Source of the DNA: Mobula hypostoma
Lineage: Eukaryota
Direction of reading: 5' to 3'
Length of the DNA: 64,000 nt
Assembly: GCF_963921235.1 (NCBI RefSeq)
Contig: NC_086097.1
Location: 133,302,001 to 133,366,000 of the forward strand
Of the stretch, positions 39,415 through 52,620 are shown piece after piece; position 1 is the first letter of the stretch, and each line of letters starts with the position of its first letter. The position numbers were made by a program, and so were the translations under genes. The notes beneath the pieces were generated by a model. That model had not been told where the DNA came from. It made no database searches and saw only the letters and a list, made by a program, of their open reading frames with translations.

Positions 39415-40040
39415 CAGCACACACAAATTGCTGGAGCAACTCAGCAGGTTAGGCAGCATCTATGAAAATAAATCAACAGTCAATGAAACGTTTCTACCTG
39501 TAACATCAGGACCAGAAAGGAGAGGGGAAGAGCCAGAATAAGGTGGTGGTGGGGGGCGGAGGGGGTGGAAGAGAAGGAATACAAGCTCGAAGGTGATAGG
39601 TGAAGCCAGGTGGCTGGGGGAGAGGAGATGAAATAAGGAGCTAGGAGGTAATATATAGAAAAGGTACAGGGCTGGAGAGAGAGGAATCTGGTAAGATGAC
39701 TGGGAAAAAGGAAAGAGGTGGGGGAAACACCATGGGTAGGTAACAGGTGAAGAGAAGAGAGTTCTGAGGGGAGTTTAAGGGGAGTCAGTGTTCCCATTTC
39801 TGACATGATGGCCCATTTCTGACATGATGGCCCATTGCCTTCTCTATGATGAGGCCACTCTCAGACCAAAGTAGCAACAACTCATATTTTGCCAGAGTAA
39901 CCTCCAACCTGATGACATGTACATCAGTTTCTCCATCTTCCGGTAATTTTTACCCCTCCCCTTCTTCAATTGCCCACCCTACCCCCCCCACCTTTACACC
40001 ACCTCCCCCCAGTGCCACTCCTCCTTCCCTTTCTCCTCTA
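39415..40040. mobile_element. Inverted (tail-to-tail) PLE relic
   Basis: Minus-strand terminal repeat at about 39415-39790 joined to plus-strand GIY-YIG tail at about 39793-40040; 19-bp tandem duplication at the junction. Confidence 0.65.
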
Positions 40041-40729
40041 TTTCTCCATAGATTGCAATAAATATCTATCTATCTATCTAAATGCTGAAAGAAACAATGG
40101 GGCCATCCATGACATATAGCAGAAGTTCTGCATTCGCAGAGCTCTTAGCATTGTCAAGGACCCCTTCCTCCATCCCACAATCTCTTTGACTTCTTACCAT
40201 GAGGAAGAAGGTTCTGTAGTATAAGAATGATTGCTAGGCTAGGTGACAGCTTCTTCCACCAGGCTGTGAGACTTCTGAACACCCTGCTACCACCCAGTAC
40301 ATATTACATATGACAGTGCCAGTAGTATTATACTGTTCCATATTTAACAATATATCATATACATACTTTATATCAACTTGTACATCTACAGAATTTTCTT
40401 TTTATCTATTAATATCATTGCGTTAATCTTACTTTACATGCGGTATGTAACATATGCACTGTGTTTTGTACCTTGGTCCCTGCAGAATGTTGCTTCATTT
40501 AGTTGTTTACATGTGTAAAGTTAAATGACAATAAACTTAAACTTGAACCTATCTTTCTATTCTTTTGTTCAGGATTTTCTTGCTCGAGCAAATTAATTCT
40601 TAACTACTTAATAAATCTTTTTAACATATCAGTCAGATCACCCCTCAATCATCTGTTATCCAGTAGAAAAAAAAAGAGTAAAGATTACGTAACTTAAACG
40701 TAATTTAAACCCTTCAAGTCGGAGAACTT

Positions 40730-41200
40730 CCAGCCCTTCAAACAAGGAGTAGTGGATTCCACCCAGTATATCACATGCACACCCCCCCCCCCCACGACTA
40801 GCAGTATCTGCAGGAGGTGTTACCTCAAGAAGGCAACATCCATCATCAAGGATCCCCACCATTTGAGCCATGCCATCTTTTTACAGCTACCATCAGGCAA
40901 GAGGTATTGAAGCCTCACACCATCAGATTCATGAACAGCTACTTCCCTTCAACTACTTGGTTCTTGAACTAACTGGTAAAATTCTAATTACTACAGTTCA
41001 GCAAAGCTATAGCCACTTTGATCACTGCATCAAATTGGACTTCGCTATTTTTAGAACTGTGTTCTTTCTTGTAAAATTTCTGTATAATTTATGTTTATGT
41101 TTTTCTGTGAATGCTGCTCATCTGATGCTCTATGCCTGTGTTGCTGTTACAAATAATTTTGTCATTACATTGGTGCATACATGTACATGTATGAAGTTTG
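40730..41200 (+). mobile_element. Rex1/Babar-like LINE 3' end
   Basis: KATSIIKDPHH..HA.F..LPSGKR motif; a similar relic lies at about 40100-40550. Confidence 0.65.
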
Positions 41201-41472
41201 ATTGACATGCTTCAATGCCCTGTTCAATCTTGGCCTATTATGTCAGGATACATAAAAAACATCCAATCCAGTATCAGTAAAACATTCTGGTTTGGCACAG
41301 CTGTTCCTTCAGATCTTTTGTGGGACAATTTTATGGCTCAGCTTGTATCTCCTTCTAATCCTTGTACCATGTGCAAAATTAAAGATTTCAAACCTTCATA
41401 ATTCTATATGCAAAGATTAAACAAGAGCAGTACAAGGAATATAGCTTAAAAGTTCACTTGTTTAATACTCAC

Positions 41473-41624
41473 CACATTGATACTGTCTGTGGTAGGGACC
41501 TGAAGCAGGCTCTGCTGGTGGTAACTGGGGGTTAGAGCTTGTGACTCCAAACTACTGGAATCCTGTAATTGTTGTACTGTGGTAAATTGACTCTGCTGGC
41601 CAAAGCTATCTGTGATGGTGAAAC
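41473..41624 (-). CDS. ZNF236: ZNF236 exon e7
   Basis: [54 protein letters not shown] acceptor, GTG|GTGAGT donor; 152 nt, phase 1-0. Confidence 0.92.
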
Positions 41625-41869
41625 CTAACAGAAAGGGTAATAAGTTCATCAACTTGCAATCACACAAATTTATACTTAAATGACAAGAAAGACCTATCAA
41701 CTTATTGCTCAAATGCAAGTGGACTTCTAAATCCTCTTAGATTGAATCTAGATTAGTCACAATTGGACTGTCAAGAAGTAAATGATTCTAGTGTCACAGA
41801 GGTCACAAATCGCAACAGAAGAATAATGTATTTATAACTATAATCCAGTCCCCAAATCTTAGTTCTGTG

Positions 41870-42055
41870 ACACAAGAGACTGAAGAGCCTGGAATCAAGA
41901 GCAACAGACAAAGAGCTGGAGGGATTCAGTGGGTCAAGCAGCATCTATGGAGAGAAATGCACAGTCGATATTTCAAGTAGAGACCCTTCCCAAAATGATG
42001 ACTATTCATTTTCCTCCATAGATACTGCCTGACCTGTAGAGTTCCTCCTAGCCCC
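41870..42055. mobile_element. Degenerate palindromic PLE terminal-repeat element
   Basis: GCAGCATCTATGGAG / CTCCATAGATACTGC inverted arms around CAGTCGATATTTC...GAGACCCTTC. Confidence 0.65.
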
Positions 42056-43278
42056 CTAGTGTGCTGCCCAAACCATAGTTTATACACTTGGAAATTAATT
42101 CATGCTTTTGTTCTCAGTTTGAAATTTAACTCTATTGTCTTGTGCAACTCACCATCAACTGCCTGGAATTCCTTCCCTAAACCTCTGCCTTCTTTTGCAA
42201 CCTTTACTGAAGCCTCCTCTTCTGGTTACACCAGATTGTCACCTGCTGTGGCTCTGTGTCACATTTTGTTTGCTGTACAGTTTGCCGGGACATTTTAAAC
42301 CACTATACAAATGCAAATTACCATTCATAAATTAATCTTAGAGACTATTTAGGGAGTGGCACTCTGTTTTGAAAATAATCTCTTAGATGGGGATTAATAA
42401 AATCTCCAACTCAGCACACACAAATTTAGAGACACAACAATGCAAAAATGTAGCACAATGGAACAGAGGATCATGCTTATTGATCCCTGAATGCTTTGGA
42501 GAGAGGTGAATTAAATAAATACCAGTCTTTATAATTGCCTTCATTGGCCTAACTATAGAGTACAGGAGCAGGATAGACCATGCTAGGACTGTCACCGCTG
42601 GAATATAATTTACAGTTCTGGTTAGCAGGATGTAACATCACTAGAGAGGCCACAAAAGAGATTTAGGAATTGTGAGGATTAATGAATTATTCTTATATAT
42701 AGCTATAACTATAATATAGAGGTAGTTTGTGGTGAAGATAAAGAAATTGATTCCTTAATATAAGTCCTATGCTTCCAGTGAATACAAATGCCCTTCAGTA
42801 TAAAAACACATGCAGCAGCAACAAAGAATTAAAAACTCAAATAATATGATAACATCAACAACAATAAAAAGGTAATGTGGTACACTCCACTGGTTCTGAC
42901 TGATAAGCCTGCTTTTAATTCTCATATTGCACAGGTTAAGCTTACACTACTCCTGGCAGGTTTCATTAGCAGCATGAGAATTGATAAATCCTTACCTCAT
43001 TGGGAACATTAACGTTCTTACAAACCTAGGTTTGTCTGGAGGTGTTAATGTTGTTAAAAAGATCAACATCAGGATTAGACAGAGTAACATAATAGGTTAT
43101 GCAGTTCTACAGGTCTCTGGCATTCAGCTTCACCTAACACTGTCTAATCATTTGTTCCTCTTAAGTTGATACAGCTTCCCATTAACTGAGCATGGTTAGT
43201 TACTGGTTCAGACAACTCATTCCTGTGCACAGTACTGCATAACTTCAACCATTTATTTGGTACTCATTTAAAAATACA

Positions 43279-43816
43279 CACCCAGTGGCTACTTTATTAG
43301 ATACTTCCTGTACTTACCTAATGAAGTGGTCACTGAGTGTATGTTTGTGGTCTTCTGCTGCTGTAGCCCATTCACTTCCAGATTTAAGGTGCATTCAGAG
43401 ATGTTCTTCTGCACACCACAATCGTAATGTGTGGTTATTTGAATTACTGTTGCCTTCCTGTCATCTTCAATCACTCTAGCCATTCTCCTGACCTCTCTCA
43501 TTAGCAAGGTGTTTTTGCCCACAGAACTGCTGCTCACTATATTTTTTTTTGGTTGTTTATCACACTATTCTTTGTAAACTCCCAGAGAATGCTGTGGATG
43601 AAAATCTGAGATGCTCGAATCACTGTCTGGCACCAGCAATCATTCCACACTCAAAGCCATTTAGATCACATTTCTTTCCCATTCTGATGTTTGGTCTGAA
43701 CAACAACTGAACCCCTTGAGCCTGTCTGCATGTTTCTATGCATTGAATTGCTGCCACTCAGTTGGTTGATTACATATCTGAATTAACAATGTGTACACAA
43801 TAGTGGCCACTGAGTG
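43279..43816 (-). mobile_element. Non-autonomous Tc1-like element
   Basis: TIRs CAC(C/T)CAGTGG... / ...GTGGCCACTGAGTG followed by TA; internal RRMARVI..DRKATV.QITT.Y......ISECT resembles a Tc1 transposase N-terminus. Confidence 0.75.
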
Positions 43817-44594
43817 TATAGTGCACGAAAAACTCAACAGTTAGTAAGAAAGAGAAGTGCCAATTTATAGAGAAATTACACTGACATGCAAAACAATTAT
43901 AGTAGTGAAGGACTTCAATTTACCCAATATTAAGTGATACTATACAGAGAGGATGGCATTATTAAAAGCACCCAGAGAGTATGTTGAGCAAGTGTGTAGA
44001 TAGTCCTTCTATAGAAGGGGCAATATCAAATTCAATCTTAGGGAACTCAACCAGGCGAATGATTGAAGCTTCAATGGGAGCACATTTTGAAAACAGTGAC
44101 TATAACTAAGTTTTAAGATGGCTATGGAAAGGGACAAGGGCACCTCAAGAACTAAGTACCTGAACTGATGAAAGCTCAGGGTCAAATGTGCTCCCATAAT
44201 GGCAAAATCTGCAGAGTGTAGATGCAAGGAACTATGAATGTCAAAGGATGAAAGGGCTGGATAAATAAGAAAAAAAAGAATCACATGGTGGACACAAGAA
44301 ACTGACTACAGGAAGTATTTTAGTAGTAAAATGAAATAATTAGGAATAGCTTCCTTCCCTCAGCCATCAGATTTCTGAACGGACAATGAACTCACCCATG
44401 AACACTACTATACTTTTTTTTTTGTTTTCTTTTTGCACTACTTAATAAAAAAACAAATAATATATATTTATGTATTGCACTGTACAACGGCCACAAAAAC
44501 AAAAAATTTCACAACATATGTCAGTAATACTGAACCCAAAAAAATTGAGTGCAAAGACCAAGAAAAATCCCAAAGCATTTTCCAAGAGTATATA

Positions 44595-45287
44595 CGGTGC
44601 CCATAAAAAAGTATTTACCCCCTATGAAGTTTTCATGTCTTATTGTCTTACAACATTGAATCACAATGGATTTAATTTGGCTTTTATTGACCGTGAACAA
44701 CAGAAAGTGAACTTTGTGTCAAAAGTGAAAACAGATCTCTACAAAGTGACCTAAATTAATTAGAAATATATAAAAAAAATTGATTGCATAAGTATTCACC
44801 CTCTTCAAGTCAGTATTTAGTCAGGACCATTTTCTAAAACTTAATATAAGAAATTTTTGTTTCAGTGAACAGGAATTTATTCTTCACCAATAGATGACTG
44901 GAAATGCTTATTTCCAATACTGGATATTGTTATCTCATTCTGTGCTGCTTGCAGTGCTCTTCACAGTGTGGTGTTTACCAGGATACTGACTCACCAGCAG
45001 TTGGACCTTCCAGATACAGGTGTATTTTTACCATAATCAAATAAAACACCTTGACTGCACACAGGTGATCTCCAGTTAACTAATTATGTGATTTCTAAAA
45101 CAAATTGGATCAATTATTTTGTGTTTTATATTTGTAATTAATTTAGATCACTTTGTAGAGATGTTTTCACTTTAACATAAAAGACTTCTTTCTGTTGATC
45201 AGTGTCAAAAAAGCCAAATTAAATTCACAGTGATTCAATAAAATATGAAAACTTCCAAGGGGTTAAATTTTCATTTTAAAGGCGCTG
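44595..45287. mobile_element. Internally deleted Tc1 (IR/DR-type) element with captured filler
   Basis: TA-CGGTGCCCATAAAAAAGTATTTACCCC ... GGCGCTG-TA ends with long subterminal inverted repeats; right part matches about 48460-48875. Confidence 0.85.
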
Positions 45288-45390
45288 TATATTGAGGGCA
45301 TGAAGGTAGCCAGGGAAGAAGATAGGGCTCATGAAGAAGCAAACAGGCAACTTGTGGGTGGAGGCAGCAAATGTAGATGAGGCTTCAAAT

Positions 45391-47575
45391 CAGAGGTTCC
45401 CAAACTTTTTTGGTTATCACCCCCATGACTTTCAGACCACATCCCCAGTGCCACCCCCTTCCTTTTCCAGCCATTACATAAAAACTATAAAGAATTTTGA
45501 TTTACAATGCATTGTGAAAGATAATAGGAACTGCAAATTCAAAGCAGTGACAAATAATTGCAAAAATATATTCAAGTCTATTTAAAGCTACAAATACAAT
45601 TATTTCATTACAGTAAAAACAATTTTAGAGTGTATATTAGTACTTCAGCTATTTACTTCATTGCTTTTTCACCTTTCATTGAGATGGACGGGCTTGGTGC
45701 AGTGATATCACTTTCTCAACATCTGGCTGAATGTCACTCAGAAGGAATATCAGATCTCCAAGTTCAGTCATTTGCAGTCTGTTTCATTGCTTTGAAAAAG
45801 GTTAGGCCACTGCAGTGAAATCATGCTTCACAAAATATGATGTTCAAAGACAATAGAGAACATCTTGACCTCCCCCACACAGCGCAGGATAGTGTTCAGA
45901 AATTTCTTTCTGCAAGCAAATGTCTTGATATGATTTTCTGAACCTTGGCTTCAGCTCAAAGTCATTTTGTAGCGAGATCAGTTCTTCCTCCATCCTCCTG
46001 TTAATTCCTCATTGCAAGTGTTTAGAAATTGATTACACAATCTGGAATATTGTTCAAGAGAAGATCTTGAAATCTCTCTGACATGTCTTTATGCAGCTCA
46101 CCCAGGTGGACACGGCATACCTGAAGATCACCATTTAGTATTCTTCTTTTCTCCTTCAACTAAGTGAGGCTCAGTAATTGGAAAATGTCACGACGGCCGA
46201 AGTTGCACTTAAAAAGAGTTAACTCGGATAGAAATGCAGAGATGACTGATTTGACTTTGATAAAATTCATTTTATTTTCTTGCAATTGAGGATGGATTTC
46301 ATTAAACTTTGCAAATAATTCTGACAAATAAGCAATGTCATGCCTAAGCAACGCAGACAAAATGCTGGAAGAACTCAGCAGGCCAGGCAGCACCTACAGA
46401 AATGAATAAGCAGTCGACATTTCAGGCTGAAACACTTCACCAAAACTGTTCTCTGGATTTCCAGCATCTGCAGAATCTCCTGTTAAAGTTATGTCTAGTA
46501 TTCTGGAGTTGATTACTGAATGAAGCATTCAAGTCCTCAAAGAATTTTATCATAGTTTCAAAATGTGCATATTAGTATCTCAGTTTCCTTTTGAGAGCCA
46601 TCTGACTTCTCTGTGCAACAAGCATTCAATATGTTCATCATTCTCAATACAAAGCTCTGAAAATAATCAAGAATTGAGAGCATACACTTGACTTTACTTA
46701 CCGCTGTAATAACAATATTTAATGATCACCTAGTTATTTTTTTGACAAGATGTTGTCTGTGAATTACACAGTGAAAGTAAAATATGTTGAATACAGCTTT
46801 TTGTAAAGAAAGAAATAACCCCACAGTGGCATTCTGTATTTGGTGGCCCATCTGTTGCACAAGTAAGAATGTTGGTGAGCAGATTATCCTACTCTTTGAA
46901 AAATTGCTCAACAACCCAAAATAACTCCCCTTCATATCTGTTTCTAGTCTCTTTGCAAATAACAACTCTTGAACCATGCTTTCAATCTTTTATGAAGTGA
47001 TCATAACCAAGAAACAAAGATTCGTTGTCTGGCAAAGTTGACTCATCTAACTGCAGAGTAAATTCTGTTGGCCAAAGTATGTTGCACAATATATCTTCCA
47101 CATTCTCAGACATTCACCTAGTCGTCTTTGAATATAGCTGTCTCTGGGTGGAATTGCTTTAATTGTTTCATCTGGTGACTTACGCAAAACTGTACTCAGA
47201 ACCTCCATTATTGCTGGCAAAGTTAGCTCTTCTCCAATCGTATGGGGATTTCCAGATTTAGCAATGAACAATGAAATGCTGGATGAAGCACGCAAACCAT
47301 CACTGTTCTGTTGTAAAGTACTGGACACATACACTGGGGAGTTTTTTTTTTCCCATTTCTGAAAGCTTTCACGAAATGACTGAAAATCAGCCAAGTTGTG
47401 TTTGCTTTATCAGAGCAGAGTGTATTCTCTTCAAACGTTCAAGGAGCTTGGATGCTTTCATTGTCTCATTTGAAAAAAACTTTTTCCACACAGACACACT
47501 GGCTGCTATTGGTTGCCTGGTTTTATTTATAAATCCATATTTCATATACTCCACACTATACTGTCTACTTGTTAT
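45391..47575 (-). mobile_element. Decayed hAT transposon, Buster/Charlie (ZBED5/SCAND3-like) family
   Basis: TIR CAGAGGTTCCCAAACTTTT at 45391; BED-like RQYSVEYMKYGF...SNETMKASKL, PHTIGEEL.LPA, HCVIHRQ, DIAYLSELF motifs. Confidence 0.87.
46350..46485. mobile_element. Short PLE terminal-repeat insertion within the hAT transposase
   Basis: AAATGCTGGAAGAACTCAGCAGGCCAGGCAGCA...CAGTCGACATTTCAGG...GGATTTCCAGCATCTGCAGAATC. Confidence 0.7.
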
Positions 47576-47589
47576 GACATCATAGCTCA

Positions 47590-48875
47590 GGCATTCCCAT
47601 TCTTCTTTAAAAAACTGCTCGAGTTCTGTCAGATTGCATGGGGATCATGTGTGAATGGCCCTTTTCAAGTCCAACCACAAATTATCAATCAGATTGAGGT
47701 CTGACTTGGCCACTCCAGGACATGAACATTGCTGTTTTTAAGCCATGCCGAGGTAGCTTTGGCTTTATGCTTGGGGTCATTGTCTTAATGGAAAACAAAT
47801 CTTTCCCAAATCACAGTTCTCTTGCAGATTGCATCAGGTTTTCCTCCAGAATTTCCTTGTATTGTGCTGTATTCATTTTACCCTCTACCTTCACAAGCCT
47901 TCCAGGTCCTGCAGCAGTAAAGCATTCCCACAGCATGATGCTGCCAGCAGTAGAGATGGTGTGCTTATGATGATGTGCAGTTGTCGGCATATGCTAAACA
48001 TAGCGTTTAGTCTAATGGCCAAAAAGCTCATTTTTGGTTTTATCAGACTATAGAACCTTCTTCCAGCTGACTTCAGAGTCTCCCACATGCCTTCCAGCAA
48101 ACTCAAACCAAGATTTTATGTGAGTTTTTTTCAACAGTGGCTTTCTCTCTCCCATAAAGCTGCAACTGGTAAAGCAACCGGGTAACAGTTATTGTATCTG
48201 CAGACTCTCTCATTTCAGCCACTGAAGCTTGTGACTGCTCCAGAGTTGTCATATGTCTCTTGGTGGCCTCTGTTACTAGTCCCCTTCTTGTATGGTCACT
48301 CAATTTTTGAGGACGGCCTGCTCTAGGCATACTTACAGCTGTGCTATATTCTATTTCTTGATGATTGACTTAACTGTACTCCAAGGGATATTCAGTGACT
48401 TGGAAATTTTCTTGTATCCATCTCCTGACTTGGGCTTTTCAATAATGTTTTTCGCAGAGTTGCTTGGAGTGTTATTTTGTCTTCATGGTGTAGTTTTTGG
48501 CCAGGATACTGACTCACCAGCAGTTGGACCTTCCAGATACAGGTGTACTTTTAATACAATCAATTGAAGCATGTTCACTGCACACAGGTATCCAAAAACA
48601 GATCTGCATTTAACTAATTTTGTGACTTCTAAAACCAATTGGCTGCACCAGTGATGATTTGATGTGTCATATTAAAGGGGTGAATACTTACACAATTAGT
48701 TATTTTGAGTTTTATATTTGTAATTAAATTAGATCACTTTGGTTCACTTTGACACAAAAGAGTCATTTTATATTGATCAATGTCAAAAAAACCAAATTAA
48801 TCCACTGTGATTCAATGTTGTAAACAACAAAACATGAAAACTTCCAAGGGGAATGAATACTTTTTATAGGTACTG
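47590..48875 (-). mobile_element. Tc1 transposon, one end missing, decayed transposase
   Basis: PRAGRPQKLS..TRR.LV.EATK...TTL motif; terminal ...GAATACTTTTTATAGGTACTG followed by TA. Confidence 0.87.
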
Positions 48876-49089
48876 TATATACCTGCCTACATGCCTCTTT
48901 CACATTGCCAGTGTATATGCTTCTATCACCTCCCCAGTGGCATGCACCAGGTACCCGCTGCTCTGTGTAAAAAAAAACTTGCCTTGCAAATCTCTTTTAA
49001 AGTTTCGCCAATTCATCTTAAATCCAATTCTTTCAGTACTTGATATTTCTACCTAAGGAGAGAGACTGACCACCTAACCTGTCTATGCA

Positions 49090-49530
49090 TTACTTGCAGA
49101 CCCCAGTCAGTTCAGATTGGGAACCACATCCCATACACAATCTCCAGCTAGGTGCTCCATGAGGCTGTGTGCTTAGCCTTCTGCTCTATTTGCTTTGTAC
49201 TTATTATTGTGAGGCGAAGCACAGCTCCAATGTATATTTAAGTTTGCTAACAACACCAGTATTGGCCAAATCAAAAGTGAGTAAGAAGTTGTTGTTTTGG
49301 AACTACTCAGCCAATTTCAGCAAGACCAAGGACCTGATTATTGACTTCAGGAGGTTGAAACCAGAGTCCTATGGGCCAGTCCTCATTAGGGGATTAGAAG
49401 TGGAGAAGGTCAGCAACTTTAAGTTCCTTAGTGTTATCATTTCAGAGGATCTGTCCTGGATCCAGCACATATACAAAGAAAGGATGCATCGCCTCTACTT
49501 GCTTAGAAGATTGTGAAGTTTCAGCATGTC
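49090..49530 (+). mobile_element. Rex1/Babar-like LINE RT fragment
   Basis: GAP.GCVLS.LL, KTKDLIIDFRR, FKFL, RLYLLRRL motifs. Confidence 0.7.
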
Positions 49531-49619
49531 ATTCTATTCCTAAGATTCTCCTCTAATACTTTCCCTACTGCTAGGCAAGTTAGACACACTGGCCTATAAT
49601 TGACACCAGGAACCTTACT

Positions 49620-50460
49620 CACATACATTATTGATTGGATAATGAATGCAGGAGGTATGATTAGCAAGTTTGTAAATGACAAGAATATTGGCAGTGTCAT
49701 TAACAGTGCGAATAGTCACAGGCTACAAGATTATGTTAATTAGTTGGTAAACTGGGCAGAGAAATAGCAGATGGAATTCTATTCCACTAAATGCAATGTG
49801 ATGCATTCGGAGGGCATGCACGATGAACAGTAGGACTTCAGAACGCATTGAGGAACAGAGCAACATGGTGCACAACTCCATGAGGTGGTGAAGAAATGAT
49901 ATTTCCTTTCGTCAGCTGCACCACAGAATACAAGAATAGGGAGGTTATGGCACAACTTTATAAAACATTGGCCAGGCCACAGCTGGAGGACTGGTCATCA
50001 CACTACAGGAAAGATGTCACTGTGCTTGAGGGAGTTAAAAAGGAGATTTACCAGGATGTTTTCTGGGATGGAGTGTTTCAATTATAAGAAAAGAACGGAC
50101 AAGATGGGTTTGTTTTCATGAAGTGGAGGAGACTAAGGGGCACCAATAAGAGGTATATGAAATTGTGAAGGGGATAGATGAGTTAGATAGGCAGAAATTT
50201 TGCCCAAAGCAAAGACATCTAAAACTAGCCGGCATTCAATTTTATATTAAGACCAAGAGGTTAAGAGGAGACCCCAGGAAGATCAGATTTTTTTTTTTAC
50301 CCACAGGGTGGCTGGAATCTGGAACACAACTTCTCAGTACGAGATGAAGGTAGGTATTTGCAGATTTAGAAATAGTTATTTTGAAATGGGATCAGAATAA
50401 ATGAGTACTTAATGATTAGAGCGCACATAGTGGGCCATGTGTGGTATGACACTCTGACCT
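49620..50460 (+). mobile_element. CR1-clade LINE 3' fragment
   Basis: ISKFV.D, EYKNREVM.QLYKTLARPQLE...HYRKDV motifs. Confidence 0.75.
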
Positions 50461-50556
50461 CAAGGAAAACAGTGCAAATTTAATTACTTGAAAGAAGTAG
50501 AGTAACTGACAATCATAACATCTCAAAATAGTTTCTTTTTCAGAAAAGAGTACAAC

Positions 50557-50658
50557 CTTGCGTTAGGCTCTGTTGGTCAAAGGCCTGCTGTGTTATAGCT
50601 TGCTGATCAAACTGACTGATATTCTGTTGCAAGGTATGATGCGTTGTCACAAAGGAAT
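50557..50658 (-). CDS. ZNF236: ZNF236 exon e6
   Basis: DSFVTTHHTLQQNISQFDQQAITQQAFDQQSLTQG; TTTCTTACAACAG acceptor, AAG|GTTGTA donor; 102 nt, phase 1-1; not in the ORF track. Confidence 0.85.
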
Positions 50659-51197
50659 CTGTTGTAAGAAAATAAAGGAAACAAGAAATTTAAACAAAGT
50701 TACAAGACAGACTAAAATAAATACATACACTGAAGTGCTTGCAAAGAAGCAAGTTATTTGACCCAATAGCCCTCACCTCCAGTTGTTTCATTGCATCTCC
50801 TACATTTCACAATATTAGCAGATCCATCTATTCCTTAATCCATCATGTGCTTATTGAACTCCCTCTTAAATGTTACTAGCCACTGCTATTCCACATTCTT
50901 GGCAAAAGAAAATAATTATATTGGGCACTTAGAAACAAATAAGTTAATACTGTCAAACATCATAAGACTTTTAATCCTCCAAAGACTACAGCTATAAAGG
51001 ACTGGCATCATGCACTTCATCTGTAAGAAATTGCCAATATTCCAGCCACCAGAGATTTACAGTAAATTTGAATTGAATCAGAAAGATACATACCCTCCTG
51101 GATAAGAGGATGTCAAGGTAGTCAGAGTATAGTTCTCAATGAATTGACTTAAAAGACTTAGCATTCTGATTACTAATAGTTTTTTCTACACAATGCC

Positions 51198-51433
51198 TGT
51201 TGTGCATTTAATATTTCAGTAATATTTGAGTAATATTGTAAATATATTGTTTAATTAAGCATCCTTGCTTGTTTACATATTTCACTCTAGGTTATATGTT
51301 AAGGTACGTGAATGGCATACATCATAATGCCACGTCATAAGTGGGTGCCTCACTAAAGTAAAACTAAACATACATGAGTTATCCCTGGCTTGTGTTATTT
51401 TTCTTTCAATTAGTTTTATTTTTTGGAGTTACA
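51198..51433 (+). mobile_element. Possible solo LTR
   Basis: Begins TGTTGTG, ends GTTACA; resembles from recall a batoid Gypsy-type LTR; TSD not convincing. Confidence 0.35.
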
Positions 51434-51653
51434 AGAGTGCCAGTGAATTTGTTTTCATTAGTGTCTTCAGCTCCATCTACTGGTATGAATCAAAAATAAA
51501 TTCTACTCAAAATGAAAATATTGTGAGTGAAAGATAGAAATGAAACAGAAGAAAATTTTTATTTTACACTAATTATAATCCTGAAACTCAATGCTTGTAG
51601 GAATGGTGGAAATAAGTATACATCCTTGTCATTTTGAATTTTCTAAGCACATA

Positions 51654-51878
51654 CAGATCCTCCCCAGCTAACATACACCCAACTTATGTACAGTATATTC
51701 CATACAAATGAACAGGCATTTGCGAAACTGGTGGGATGGATTTGCTGGGTGTGGCAGGGATGCAGGCATCAGCTGCCAATTGGGAACTCAGCTTGCAGCA
51801 ATTTTTCTGACATACAAACTCTCCAGCTTATGAACAGTTCTTAGGAACTGAACCTTGCCAGAATCTGGAGAAGACCTA
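51654..51878. mobile_element. Possible Tigger/pogo-type MITE relic
   Basis: TA-CAGATCCTCCCCAG ... CTGGAGAAGACCTA-TA imperfect TIRs. Confidence 0.45.
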
Positions 51879-52339
51879 TAAAGCAAGAAGAGCATGTATC
51901 ATTCAGCTTTGCCTCACTTTAATTCTGCTACTTCATAGAATCTGACATTCATAAGCAGAGCTCTCTCCCAAATATATAAAAAATGCACACAGTGAAAATC
52001 TGAAACAGAAGCAATCTGGTCAGGCAGCATGGAAACAGGGGATGATTTATTTCAGATCAAAGATCCTTTGTCAGATTTTGGTGGTGGAGGAAGAATACAA
52101 AGGAAAAGGGGAAGCTCAGATATGACGAGGCCAAAGTGGCTTCCATAATAAACAGTTTATGAATCCATCTGGCTGACATGCTAATGAAATGAAAAAACAA
52201 ACAAAAGGGACATGCAAAAGACTGTGAAATGCAGGTCAGAGCCATGGGAACTGTCCAGCAGATCAAAAGTTGTTTCTGGAAAAGGTAAAACTGAAATGAT
52301 ACTGCAGATGGATAACCATCAGCAGAAATGGCTATTTTT

Positions 52340-52620
52340 GGGGGCGACACAGTAGCATAGTGGTTAGCACAACACTTCACAATACAGACAAATGGATCCA
52401 ATTCCCATCACTGCCTGTAGGGAGTTTGTACATTCTCCCCATGATGGCGTGGGTTTCCTCCGGGTGCTCCAGTTTCCTCACACAGTCCAAAAACATACCA
52501 GCTGGTAGGTTATTTTGTCATTGTAAATTATCCACTGATTAGGCTAGGATTAAATTGGGGGATTGCTGGGTAGTGTGGCTCGAAGGCCAGAAGGGCCTAC
52601 ACAGGGCTGAATCTCAGTAA
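52340..52620 (+). mobile_element. tRNA-derived SINE (same family as 1185-1440)
   Basis: TAGCATAGTGGTTAGCACAAC head; GAGTTTGTACATTCTCCCC...GGGTTTCCTCCGGGTGCTCC body. Confidence 0.78.

Noticed and set aside
45391..47575. Domesticated ZBED5/SCAND3-like host gene nested in the intron
   Set aside because: Multiple stops and frameshifts, a PLE insertion in the coding region and a retained TIR indicate a dead transposon.
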